Part shown: positions 1-8,316 of the stretch, one piece after another
How the letters are laid out: each line of letters starts with the position of its first letter
Numbering within the stretch: the first letter of the stretch is position 1
From: an uncultured Sphingobacteriales bacterium
Lineage (GTDB): Bacteria; Bacteroidota; Bacteroidia; JAADEI01; JALVCQ01
Reading direction: 5' to 3'
NCBI GenBank assembly: GCA_964452325.1
Contig: CAYVLB010000003.1
Location: 1 to 39,198 of the forward strand
DNA: 39,198 bases
Translations under genes and position numbers: made by a program
The notes under the pieces: model-generated
Database searches by the model: none
The model's input: the letters and a program-made list of their open reading frames with translations, nothing else
What the model was told of the DNA's origin: nothing

Positions 1-635
1 TGGAAAAGGTCAAAATCTTCTGGCGATAGTGTGGCATATTCTTCAATCATCACTTGTCGCATCCAGTCGATAAGTCCTTGCCAGAACTCTGATCCGACCA
101 ATACAATGGGAAACTTCCCAATCTTGAGGGTTTGGATAAGGGTAAGGGCTTCGAAGAGTTCATCGAGCGTACCATAGCCCCCGGGCATGACAATAAACCC
201 CTGAGCATATTTAACAAACATGACCTTTCGGACAAAGAAATAGTCGAAATTGATCAGCTTGTCACGGTCGATGTATTCATTGGCGCCTTGCTCCATTGGT
301 AGCTCGATGTTAAGCCCCACCGAAGGGCCTCCTCCCAAGTAAGCCCCTTTGTTCGCTGCCTCCATAATACCTGGCCCTCCTCCGGTAATCACACCGTATC
401 CCTCCTGGGTGAGCAGGCGGGCTATTTCCGAGGCCATTTCATAGTATTTATCACCTGGCTTCATCCGAGCGGATCCAAAAATCGAAACGCACGGACCGAC
501 CTTGTTGAGCTTTTGGAAGCCCTCTACAAATTCGCTGATAATCTTAAAAATCTGCCAACTTGACTCGGCCTTCACTTCTGACCAATGCCGCCCTCCGAAA
601 GCCTTATGCAAGCTGCGTATGGTCTTTCCATCCAT
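1..635 (-). CDS. LOG family protein (TIGR00730-type Rossmann fold, lysine-decarboxylase-like); C-terminus lies beyond the window edge
   Basis: Absent from the ORF track because there is no stop inside the window. My reverse-strand translation from ATG 635-633 reads MDGKTIRSLHKAF..CVSIFGSARMKPGDKYYEMA..GVITGGGPGIMEAANKGA..FIVMPGGYGTLDELFEALTLIQT. It carries the GGGxGxM and PGGxGTxxE LOG motifs, and the frame stays open to position 1. Confidence 0.85.
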   Translation of the reverse strand, partial: MDGKTIRSLHKAFGGRHWSEVKAESSWQIFKIISEFVEGFQKLNKVGPCVSIFGSARMKPGDKYYEMASEIARLLTQEGYGVITGGGPGIMEAANKGAYLGGGPSVGLNIELPMEQGANEYIDRDKLINFDYFFVRKVMFVKYAQGFIVMPGGYGTLDELFEALTLIQTLKIGKFPIVLVGSEFWQGLIDWMRQVMIEEYATLSPEDFDLF

Positions 636-694
636 AGACAAATTCTCTTTAATTGCCCCCCCACCTTCGCCTTCCGTGAAAACGTAGAAAGAAG

Positions 695-767
695 TGGTGA
701 CGGGCGGAATCGAACCGCCGGCTCATGGATTTTCAGTCCAACGCTCTACCAACTGAGCTACGTCACC
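695..767 (-). tRNA. tRNA-Phe (anticodon GAA), 73 nt, CCA not encoded
   Basis: The reverse complement reads GGTGACGTAGCTCAGTTGGTAGAGCGTTGGACTGAAAATCCATGAGCCGGCGGTTCGATTCCGCCCGTCACCA. It has a 7-bp acceptor stem, a GTTCGATTC T-loop and an anticodon loop CTGAAAA. Confidence 0.95.
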
Positions 768-793
768 ACAATGAATGGTAGCGAAAGTGGGGG

Positions 794-801
794 CAAATTT
801 A
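794..801 (-). promoter_or_regulatory. Bacteroidota-type -7 box TAnnTTTG (TAAATTTG) upstream of tRNA-Phe
   Basis: The reverse complement of 794-801 is TAAATTTG, 26 nt upstream of the tRNA 5' end at 767. It is one of 13 correctly oriented intergenic hits. Confidence 0.4.
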
Positions 802-1104
802 CAAGTCGAATGCTTTTGACAGGTTAGAGTGCAAAAAATAACGCCCAGATACCGATTTTTTTCGGTTGGAAGCAGCCCCCAAAGTAGTTCCTTACTTTAT
901 CCAATACATGCATGTTTCAATACATTGTTTCATTTTTTTAAGGGGAAAAGGCCAATGTATCATTCTTTCAAGAAGGGCATTATAGACTGAACGAAAGTGT
1001 GGTAGCGTAGGGTACGATTCCGTCCACCCTATCTACTTCGTAAACTTCCTACCAGTATGGCAAAATACGATTTCCCCCATCGGGAAGCTGGTGCTACCTC
1101 AGCA

Positions 1105-2802
1105 TCAACTGTGTATCTTATCTCGGACAAGACGATCCACTGCGTCGGCGCGTGCTTCAGCCCGTTGAAGCAGGCTATCTGCTTGTTGGGTAACAGTTTT
1201 ACGGAAGGATTGATCGCGCACGTCCCGAAGGTTAATCATGACGTTATAGTAAGCACCACGGCTGGCAGCCAATAACGCCTGGGCTCCAACGCCCGCATCG
1301 GTAATAGACGCTGGCAAGCCATGGTTTGCCATTGCTTCGGTAATATCAAAGGCTTCGTAAGCCACCTCCATAATTTTCAAGGGTATTGATGCGGCATGTT
1401 GGGTAGCCTTCTCAATAGCATAATGGCGGGCTTTCTGCTCTGAAGGAGTATTTTTCGGAAGGCGGTAAGCTTCCATGATGGCATTGAAGGCACGGGTATC
1501 TTCATCCAACAACTGTAGAAGGTGTTCTTTGATTTGCTGCCCTTTTTCAGCAAATTCCGAGAAAAAGTCAACCCGATCGTCCCATCCACGCTTGTGGGCA
1601 GACAGGTTTGCCACCATGGTAGTGAGGGAAGCTCCCAATGCACCAATAAGTGCAGACACACTCCCACCTCCTGGTGCTGGCGAATCGTCGGCAACCTTAT
1701 TGACAAGCTCTCGAATGGTAAGGTAATTGAGGGGATAAGCCTCGCGACGATTTACCAACTGGTACTCGATGATTTTTTTGTCTGGCTCGAAGGGTGCCAG
1801 ATCATCCAGTCCTAGGCTTTTACGAGCAATAAAGATGAGGTCTTCTTCGGCCACTCCCCGTGAAAGGTTTTGCCGTTTTAAAAAATACTTGCCGGCCTCG
1901 AGGATGACCTTTAACGGTACCATCCCTACAATTTCCGATCCCGTCACTCGCATGCCGCGGGCAATGGCTCGTTTTTCCACTTCTTCGAACACCTTATGAA
2001 GCGGGGTCGTGGAAATGTCGGTGATATTCATAGAAATTTGAGCAATTCCGTACTCATCGATGAACCATCCGATAGCTTTCACACCTTTGAGCGAACCGGG
2101 AATACGAATCGGCGCCCCGCTTTCATCGGTAATGGGTTGTCCGAAAAGGGGGTGTCCTTTCCGCAGCAAGCGTCCCTTTTCACGCACGTCGAATGCCACC
2201 GAATTGGCCCGACGCACGGAACGCGTGTTAAGATTGACGTTGTAGGCAATGAGAAAGTCGCGCGCCCCTACTGCCACTGCCCCAAACGAAGGGACAAATT
2301 GGGCAGGACCGAAGTCGGGCTTCCAATCGGGATTGGCTAATTTTTCGGTGAGTTGTTCGTATTCACCGGCCCGCACCTGCGCCAAATTTTTGCGTTGGTT
2401 AGAAGTGGCTGCCGCTTCGTAGAGATATACTGGCACTTCCAATTCTTCACCGATACGACGCCCCAACTTACGGGCCCACTTGACCGTCTCCTCCATTGAG
2501 ATATTCGCCACAGGGACCAAGGGCAGCACATCCACTGCTCCCATACGGGGGTGGGCCCCGCTATGATGACGCATGTCGATCAGATCTTTGGCCTTGGAAG
2601 TCAGTCGGAAAGCGGCTTCCACCACTTTTTCAGGAATGCCTACGAACGTGATGACTGTCCGATGAGTGGCATGCCCCGGATCGACATCTAATATCTTCAC
2701 GCCGTCCACTGAAGCAGCAGCATTCACAATTTCATCAATAATAGATCGGTCACGGCCTTCCGATATGTTTGGTACACATTCGATAAGGGGTTGATTCAAC
2801 AT
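1105..2802 (-). CDS. ftcD: Bifunctional glutamate formimidoyltransferase / formimidoyltetrahydrofolate cyclodeaminase
   Basis: ORF 1105-2829. The N-terminus has the transferase signature MLNQPLIECVPNISEGRD. The C-terminal ~200 aa carries PAPGGGSVSALIGALGASL, typical of the cyclodeaminase domain. The track start at 2829 is TTG, so I prefer ATG at 2802. Confidence 0.9.
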   Translation of the reverse strand: MLNQPLIECVPNISEGRDRSIIDEIVNAAASVDGVKILDVDPGHATHRTVITFVGIPEKVVEAAFRLTSKAKDLIDMRHHSGAHPRMGAVDVLPLVPVANISMEETVKWARKLGRRIGEELEVPVYLYEAAATSNQRKNLAQVRAGEYEQLTEKLANPDWKPDFGPAQFVPSFGAVAVGARDFLIAYNVNLNTRSVRRANSVAFDVREKGRLLRKGHPLFGQPITDESGAPIRIPGSLKGVKAIGWFIDEYGIAQISMNITDISTTPLHKVFEEVEKRAIARGMRVTGSEIVGMVPLKVILEAGKYFLKRQNLSRGVAEEDLIFIARKSLGLDDLAPFEPDKKIIEYQLVNRREAYPLNYLTIRELVNKVADDSPAPGGGSVSALIGALGASLTTMVANLSAHKRGWDDRVDFFSEFAEKGQQIKEHLLQLLDEDTRAFNAIMEAYRLPKNTPSEQKARHYAIEKATQHAASIPLKIMEVAYEAFDITEAMANHGLPASITDAGVGAQALLAASRGAYYNVMINLRDVRDQSFRKTVTQQADSLLQRAEARADAVDRLVRDKIHS

Positions 2803-2854
2803 CGTAAAATATTGTTTAGCGACGGCCAAAATTAGGAAGCCCCTGCTGAGGAGG

Positions 2855-3733
2855 TCATATGCTAAACCGCCTCACATAGTAACGCCGTATCTGGTAGCTG
2901 ATCAGGTTAAGGACAAAGGCCACTACAAAAAGCAATAACGCCACCGCGTAAATGGTGCGATGTTCAAGGCTATCGTGTGGTACATCCCCCATGCTTACCT
3001 GCACCACGTAGGCAGTAATGGTTTGAATGGGCTCCCGAATGTCAAAGGTAAGGATTGGACGCATTCCCGCGGCAATCGTAACAATCATGGTTTCACCAAT
3101 GGCTCGCGACATCGCTAAGATAACTGCTACCAGAATACCCGGCATCGCCGTTGGGAGCAACACACGAAATACTGTTTGGAGGCGATTGGCCCCCAAACCA
3201 TATGAGGCTTCCCGCAATGAATAAGGCACTGCATAAAGTGCATCTTCGGACAGCGAGCTAACCATAGGCATGATCATTAAGCCCATCACAAGCCCTGCAG
3301 AAAGGGCGTTAAATGTCGAAAGGTCCGGCAGTAGCTTCTGCAAAAACGGCGTTACCACCACCAATGCAAAATAGCCATACACTACCGTCGGAATGGAAGC
3401 CAATATTTCCAACATCGGTTTAATTACCTCCCGAAGTCCAGGTGATGCAAACTCACTAAGGTATATGGCAGTGCTCACCCCAATTGGAACGGCTACCGCC
3501 AATGCTACTATTGTGGTCAGCATTGTGCCTACCAACAAAGGCAGCACACCAAATGATTTAGATGAAAATAACGGTGTCCATTGGGTACCTGTCAGAAACT
3601 CACGAATCGAAACCTTATCAAAAAAAGGAATCGATTGCGAAATGAGAATCCAGATGATGGCAAAACTCACCGCAATGGAAATCAGCCCAGCCATCCATAA
3701 AAACAGCAAAATCGGTGTTTCCCTGTGACGCAT
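2855..3733 (-). CDS. pstC: Phosphate ABC transporter permease PstC
   Basis: ORF 2855-3754. It has FGVLPLLVGT, the EAA-loop EASYGLGANRLQTVFRVLLP, AMSRAIGETM and multiple TM helices. The track start at 3754 is TTG; the ATG at 3733 gives MRHRETPILL. Confidence 0.85.
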   Translation of the reverse strand: MRHRETPILLFLWMAGLISIAVSFAIIWILISQSIPFFDKVSIREFLTGTQWTPLFSSKSFGVLPLLVGTMLTTIVALAVAVPIGVSTAIYLSEFASPGLREVIKPMLEILASIPTVVYGYFALVVVTPFLQKLLPDLSTFNALSAGLVMGLMIMPMVSSLSEDALYAVPYSLREASYGLGANRLQTVFRVLLPTAMPGILVAVILAMSRAIGETMIVTIAAGMRPILTFDIREPIQTITAYVVQVSMGDVPHDSLEHRTIYAVALLLFVVAFVLNLISYQIRRYYVRRFSI

Positions 3734-3863
3734 AATGTAATGGACAACAACCAATCAACAGGGCAAAAATGCTTCTTTTCATGGTATCCCGGGATGAGAA
3801 GTTCAAATTAACCCCCATCAAATATGAAGACCTCTTTTCCAGGCATGAATTCCAGCAAGGGAA

Positions 3864-3871
3864 TACCTTTG
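3864..3871 (+). promoter_or_regulatory. -7 box TAnnTTTG (TACCTTTG) 8 nt before ATG 3880 of the large OM protein gene
   Basis: TACCTTTG is read directly on the + strand. The same 8-mer sits 7 nt before the TonB-dependent receptor ATG (19870-19877), which implies near-leaderless mRNAs for both. Confidence 0.4.
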
Positions 3872-3879
3872 TTGGTTGG

Positions 3880-6800
3880 ATGATGCGGATGGTGATTCCA
3901 TATCGGATGTATCGTTGGGCAGTTGTTGTGTTAGGCATGGGTATGGGGCAAGCCGTGGCACAACGGTTCGATACCATTACCCCTTATCGGTGCCGCACGT
4001 TATGGGCACCCGTGGTAATTCCCTCATCAGAAATGATCGATTCATTAATGATTTTACCGGGGTCCGTAGAGATCATGCCCCGTATAGATTCGTCCTTTTA
4101 TCATCTGGACCTGTCCACTGCTCAATGGAGCTGGCGACAGCGTCCGCCAACGGATTCGGTAATCATCTGTTATGTACCCCTTCCCATTCGGAATCGGCCG
4201 GTTCGGCGTTATGGAAAAGATGCGATATTGAATCGCCTTTCCGACGGGATATTCCAAATGGATGTTTCATCTTTGGCACCGCCGCCTCGCCCCCCATCGG
4301 AAGTCCAGCTGAAAGGATTTATCGAAAGAGAAGTGGCAGGCGGTAGTCAGTATCCAGCAGTGCTGCGCTCGAACATGTCCATCGAGCTCCGGGGACGCCT
4401 TTCAGAAAAGTGGAGCGTCGAAGCGGCACTCTCCGACAACCGGATGCCACTTCCGATGGGGGGCGAGGCGGCGGTGCCCCTGGGTGAAATTCAACAAGCC
4501 GCCGTCCGAATTCACGGCCCCCACCAAAGCCTCACCTTAGGGACATTATGGCAACGCAACGACTCAACCGCTCATTTCTTGCGGTATAATCAACTTGGAC
4601 AAGGCATTGCCATCGATGGCTTCACCCCGCATATGCAAGCAAACACCTTTTACGCCTTCATCCCAGGAATCTTTCACCGGATGGAATTCAATGCTCGGGA
4701 AGGTATTGGCGGCCCGTACCTTCTGCAGGGCAAAAATGGGGAACGCCCCATTACACTTGTGTCTATGTCCGAAAGGGTATACCTCAACGGTGTACTGATG
4801 AAGCGGGGAGAAAATGCAGACTATCAGGTCGATTACTTGGCAGGAACGGTGTCGTTCACCAACCGTCACCTATTGCGAAGTACCGACCGCATCACCATCG
4901 AATTCCGGTATACCCATCGCTACTACAGCCGAACCCACTACGGGGTATCCGCTCAACTGACTCCCCACCCCAAATGGCAATGGTATGCATCATTTTATGG
5001 AGAAAGTGACCTTCGAAATCGCCCCCGCCTATTTTCATTGACACCTGAAATGATTGAACGAATATCCGTATCTAATGGAAGTCCCACGCTCATCAGCGAC
5101 GGCATTGACAGCACCCCATCCGCCGGCACTGTCAGATATGCAATCAAAGACTCAATGGGATATACCATTTTCTACCATTCAACCCACCCCGACAGCGCCC
5201 GCTATCACGTAACATTTTCATATGTTGGTCCTGGAAATGGCGACTACATACCCCTGCGCCTTCCTACCAACCAGACAGTGTATCGGTGGGTAGCACCCGT
5301 GGCCGGAACCCCTCAGGGCGAGTATCGTCCCGGCATTATTGTCGAACCTCCCCGCCGTCACCAATTGCTGGAAGTGCAGGGACAGTGGCACCCTTTTCAA
5401 GAGTTAACTACCACCTTCGGAGTGGCATTCTCAGTCTTAGATAGCAATACTTATACTCGACGATGGCCTGCCACCCAAGGAGGAGCCGCATTCATTCGTA
5501 GCCGATGGCATCACCAAACCATCTTTCCCATCAACGTGCGCATAGAGCATCAATGGCAGCATGCTCAATTTCAACCCATTGAACGTTACCGGCCGGTAGA
5601 GTTCGAACGGCAGTGGGTGCGGGCTTCTCGTCCAGAAGACGTACTTCGATGGTGGAACCTCCCCGCCGAAGAACACCTCAGCCGCTTGAACGTACAAATG
5701 CGCCCGATCAACCACCTATCAATGGAAGGCGCCGTCGGACGAATCGCCCGCAATGGTTATCTCGAAAGCTATCAGACAATATTGAACCCCCGCTGGAAAG
5801 ATTCTTCCACTGTCATTAGCTTCCGTATGGAATGGTTGAAGGGACAATTGCCAACCGACTCGACCCGCTTTCGCGTACAGGCGCCATCACTCCAAATGGA
5901 ATATCGAACAGGACAAACTCGACTGCAAATCGATATCCGACACGAAAAAAATCAATATCGGCGAAGGAGAATCTTAGTAGCCCCCTCTGAGGCAAGGTGG
6001 AAGGCAACCCCTACCTTCGAGTGGCAATCTCCGCAATGGGTCATCAAGGCATCCCTCAACGCCGAAACCTATCAAACCCTATACGACTCCCTCCTACGTC
6101 ACCAATGGCTGACCCCCTCGACCACAATTCGCCGGACATTCCCCCGAGGCCATTGGCGAATTCGAATGGCCCAACAATATGACTTGATCAATCCCCAATA
6201 CGCCCGACCTGCCATTGAAGCAGCATTCAAAGTTCGACGCCCACAATTGGGAATTCATTTCCTTTACCAGCATCAACCCCGCTTCCAGCGATTCCGCACG
6301 TTTCGCTATCTCCAAGTACCCGCAGGACGTGGAACCCACACCTGGAATGACTACAACAACAACGGCGTAGCCGAACTCGACGAATTCGAACCCGCTCCTT
6401 TTCCCCACCTGGCCAACTACATCCGCGTGCAAGTGCCTACCGATAGCTTCCTTAACCTTCGTGAACATCGTGGGCATTTGCGGTGGAATGTTTCCGGTCA
6501 TCCTTCCCATCGGATCCGATGGAAAGCTGAACTCTGGACAGAAGGTACCTCTTTTACCCCTGGCATCTTGCCATGGTGGGATATTCGACAACCTGATTCA
6601 TTACATGCATTTCGCAATTGGTTACGAATTAAAGGACGCTTACGCATCCGGGTTCCTACAATGGGGTGGTCATTTCAGGTGCTTCACAATATTTCCATAC
6701 AACAGGTTCCGTATCCCTATGGCTTTCAATGGCAGCGCCGTGATCGTTCATCCTCCATTCTCCGGTATGTGCCGCCACGCTCCCCGCAATGGGAAGTTGT

Positions 6801-7266
6801 GTGGGAAGGACATATACGCCGCCACTATCGCTACCAGGACTTTGCCACGCTAAATTCTGTCCAAATCAACAAGCAGGGCATCAAATGGGGAATACTTCGG
6901 ATGCTACCCCCATATTGGCAAATGGGCATTGATGGCACGTGGCAAACAGGCCTTGCTGAAGACACCACCCAATATCCCTTCACAGAATGGACCGCCAAGT
7001 TGCGGGTTGAATATGCCATACCCGACCGGATGCGCATCTCGCTACAAGGAATGATTCAGTATATTCAAAGCAGGCCTTTCGCATCACCTCAAACCGAATT
7101 CTTAGCATTTGCTGGTATGGCTCCCGGATGGAATGGGGAGGCCTCACTGGCATTAGAGTATCCAGTCCGCAACAACCTTCAAGCCACCATGCGCATTGAC
7201 TATCGACAACCCTCAACCAGTCCACCCATCATTATAGGAAACATCGGACTTCGGTACGTTTTCTGA
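3880..7266 (+). CDS. Large (~1128 aa) predicted outer-membrane beta-barrel protein, family not recognised
   Basis: ORF 3769-7266. The internal ATG at 3880 gives MMRMVIPYRMYRWAVVVLGMGMGQAVAQ, a signal peptide ending AVAQ. The protein is rich in W/R/Y/Q and ends IGLRYVF, the aromatic C-terminal residue typical of OM barrels. I saw no plug, POTRA or CarboxypepD motif. Confidence 0.7.
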   Translation: MMRMVIPYRMYRWAVVVLGMGMGQAVAQRFDTITPYRCRTLWAPVVIPSSEMIDSLMILPGSVEIMPRIDSSFYHLDLSTAQWSWRQRPPTDSVIICYVPLPIRNRPVRRYGKDAILNRLSDGIFQMDVSSLAPPPRPPSEVQLKGFIEREVAGGSQYPAVLRSNMSIELRGRLSEKWSVEAALSDNRMPLPMGGEAAVPLGEIQQAAVRIHGPHQSLTLGTLWQRNDSTAHFLRYNQLGQGIAIDGFTPHMQANTFYAFIPGIFHRMEFNAREGIGGPYLLQGKNGERPITLVSMSERVYLNGVLMKRGENADYQVDYLAGTVSFTNRHLLRSTDRITIEFRYTHRYYSRTHYGVSAQLTPHPKWQWYASFYGESDLRNRPRLFSLTPEMIERISVSNGSPTLISDGIDSTPSAGTVRYAIKDSMGYTIFYHSTHPDSARYHVTFSYVGPGNGDYIPLRLPTNQTVYRWVAPVAGTPQGEYRPGIIVEPPRRHQLLEVQGQWHPFQELTTTFGVAFSVLDSNTYTRRWPATQGGAAFIRSRWHHQTIFPINVRIEHQWQHAQFQPIERYRPVEFERQWVRASRPEDVLRWWNLPAEEHLSRLNVQMRPINHLSMEGAVGRIARNGYLESYQTILNPRWKDSSTVISFRMEWLKGQLPTDSTRFRVQAPSLQMEYRTGQTRLQIDIRHEKNQYRRRRILVAPSEARWKATPTFEWQSPQWVIKASLNAETYQTLYDSLLRHQWLTPSTTIRRTFPRGHWRIRMAQQYDLINPQYARPAIEAAFKVRRPQLGIHFLYQHQPRFQRFRTFRYLQVPAGRGTHTWNDYNNNGVAELDEFEPAPFPHLANYIRVQVPTDSFLNLREHRGHLRWNVSGHPSHRIRWKAELWTEGTSFTPGILPWWDIRQPDSLHAFRNWLRIKGRLRIRVPTMGWSFQVLHNISIQQVPYPYGFQWQRRDRSSSILRYVPPRSPQWEVVWEGHIRRHYRYQDFATLNSVQINKQGIKWGILRMLPPYWQMGIDGTWQTGLAEDTTQYPFTEWTAKLRVEYAIPDRMRISLQGMIQYIQSRPFASPQTEFLAFAGMAPGWNGEASLALEYPVRNNLQATMRIDYRQPSTSPPIIIGNIGLRYVF

Positions 7267-7385
7267 TTTTGACTACGATCAGATGGGCTGAATCATAACG
7301 TACCTCATCGGTTGAATGGAGCGGGAAGTGCACCCTTTTGCATCGGTGCCGACCACAGAATACATCGGGTACGCCTCCCCAAACT

Positions 7386-7414
7386 ACCCCCACCCTACAA
7401 GCTCAATTGGGGGT
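7386..7414. terminator. GC-rich hairpin between convergent genes (possible bidirectional terminator)
   Basis: ACCCCCA (7386-7392) pairs with TGGGGGT (7408-7414), giving a 7-bp perfect stem and a 15-nt loop. It lies 30 nt past the AIM24 stop and 120 nt past the OM protein stop. There is no clear U-tract. Confidence 0.25.
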
Positions 7415-7443
7415 TCCATCCAGACTGGACACCAACACAATGC

Positions 7444-8205
7444 TTACGAGTCGCCATCCACCAGATCCCACACTTTTCCTAAGATGCTTCCTTCACCTTT
7501 TCCACCTCCACTGTACCGAACAATTCGCCCTGCCAATCGACTAAACGGTAGTGACTGTACCCAAATATGGCCGGGTCCCCTCAGCCGGGCCAGGAACACT
7601 CCTTCCCCTCCAAATAGCATATTGCGAATACCCCGCACGAAGTGCACGTCATAATCCACTCCGGGCGAAAAAGCCACAACACACCCCGTATCCACCTCCA
7701 CGGATTCTCCTGAATCCAACTGCCGATGAATGATGGTCCCACTGGCATGAATAAAAGCCAACCCCTGCCCCTCCAACCGCTCTAAAATAAATCCTTCCCC
7801 ACCAAACAATCCTACCCGGATTCGTTTGCGAAAAACAATGTTAATTTGTGTATCGGGCGTGGCACATAAAAAGGCATCCTTTTGACAAATCAAAGCCCCC
7901 CCTAGTTTCGATAATCGAATGGGTATCACTTTTCCCGGATAAGGTGCTCCAAAGTACACCCGTTGCGGAATACTTCCTCGATTTTCAAACAAAGTCATAA
8001 ACAAACTTTCACCAACCAACAGCCGCTTTCCTGCCGAGAAAATCTTACCCAGCATGGACTGTTGCGAAGCATCGCCCAATATCGCTTTCATATGGATTCC
8101 CAGATCCATCATAACCATTGCCCCAGCTTCGGCCAACATCGCTTCGCCAGGCGTCAACAGAATTTCCACCGTTTGAAGATCATCACCCAAAATCGAATAT
8201 TCCAT
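7444..8205 (-). CDS. AIM24 / TIGR00266 (DUF124) family protein
   Basis: A 253-aa ORF that begins MEYSILGDDLQTVEILLTPGEAMLAEAGAMVMMD. It has a Gly-rich tail GGGKGEGSILGK, as in this family. Confidence 0.75.
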   Translation of the reverse strand: MEYSILGDDLQTVEILLTPGEAMLAEAGAMVMMDLGIHMKAILGDASQQSMLGKIFSAGKRLLVGESLFMTLFENRGSIPQRVYFGAPYPGKVIPIRLSKLGGALICQKDAFLCATPDTQINIVFRKRIRVGLFGGEGFILERLEGQGLAFIHASGTIIHRQLDSGESVEVDTGCVVAFSPGVDYDVHFVRGIRNMLFGGEGVFLARLRGPGHIWVQSLPFSRLAGRIVRYSGGGKGEGSILGKVWDLVDGDS

Positions 8206-8316
8206 GGCGTCCAGTTCTTAGTTTAAGTTCGGGCGAAAGATATCCCTAAGATTACGATTTGGAAGGAGTAACTCCCAAAAGAGAAAGGATGCTGTAAGGG
8301 TCGGCAGTTTAGCTTT

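Noticed and set aside
868-877. GGAAGCAGCC, identical to part of the conserved SRP (4.5S) RNA helix 8
   Set aside because: The flanking sequence lacks the GGAA tetraloop partner strand and the long closing helix. A 10-nt match alone is not an SRP RNA.
1011-1025. GGTACGATTCCGTCC, a T-loop-like string that might mark a tRNA fragment or att site
   Set aside because: The flanks do not form a T-stem or acceptor stem, there is no direct-repeat partner, and no integrase is present in the window.
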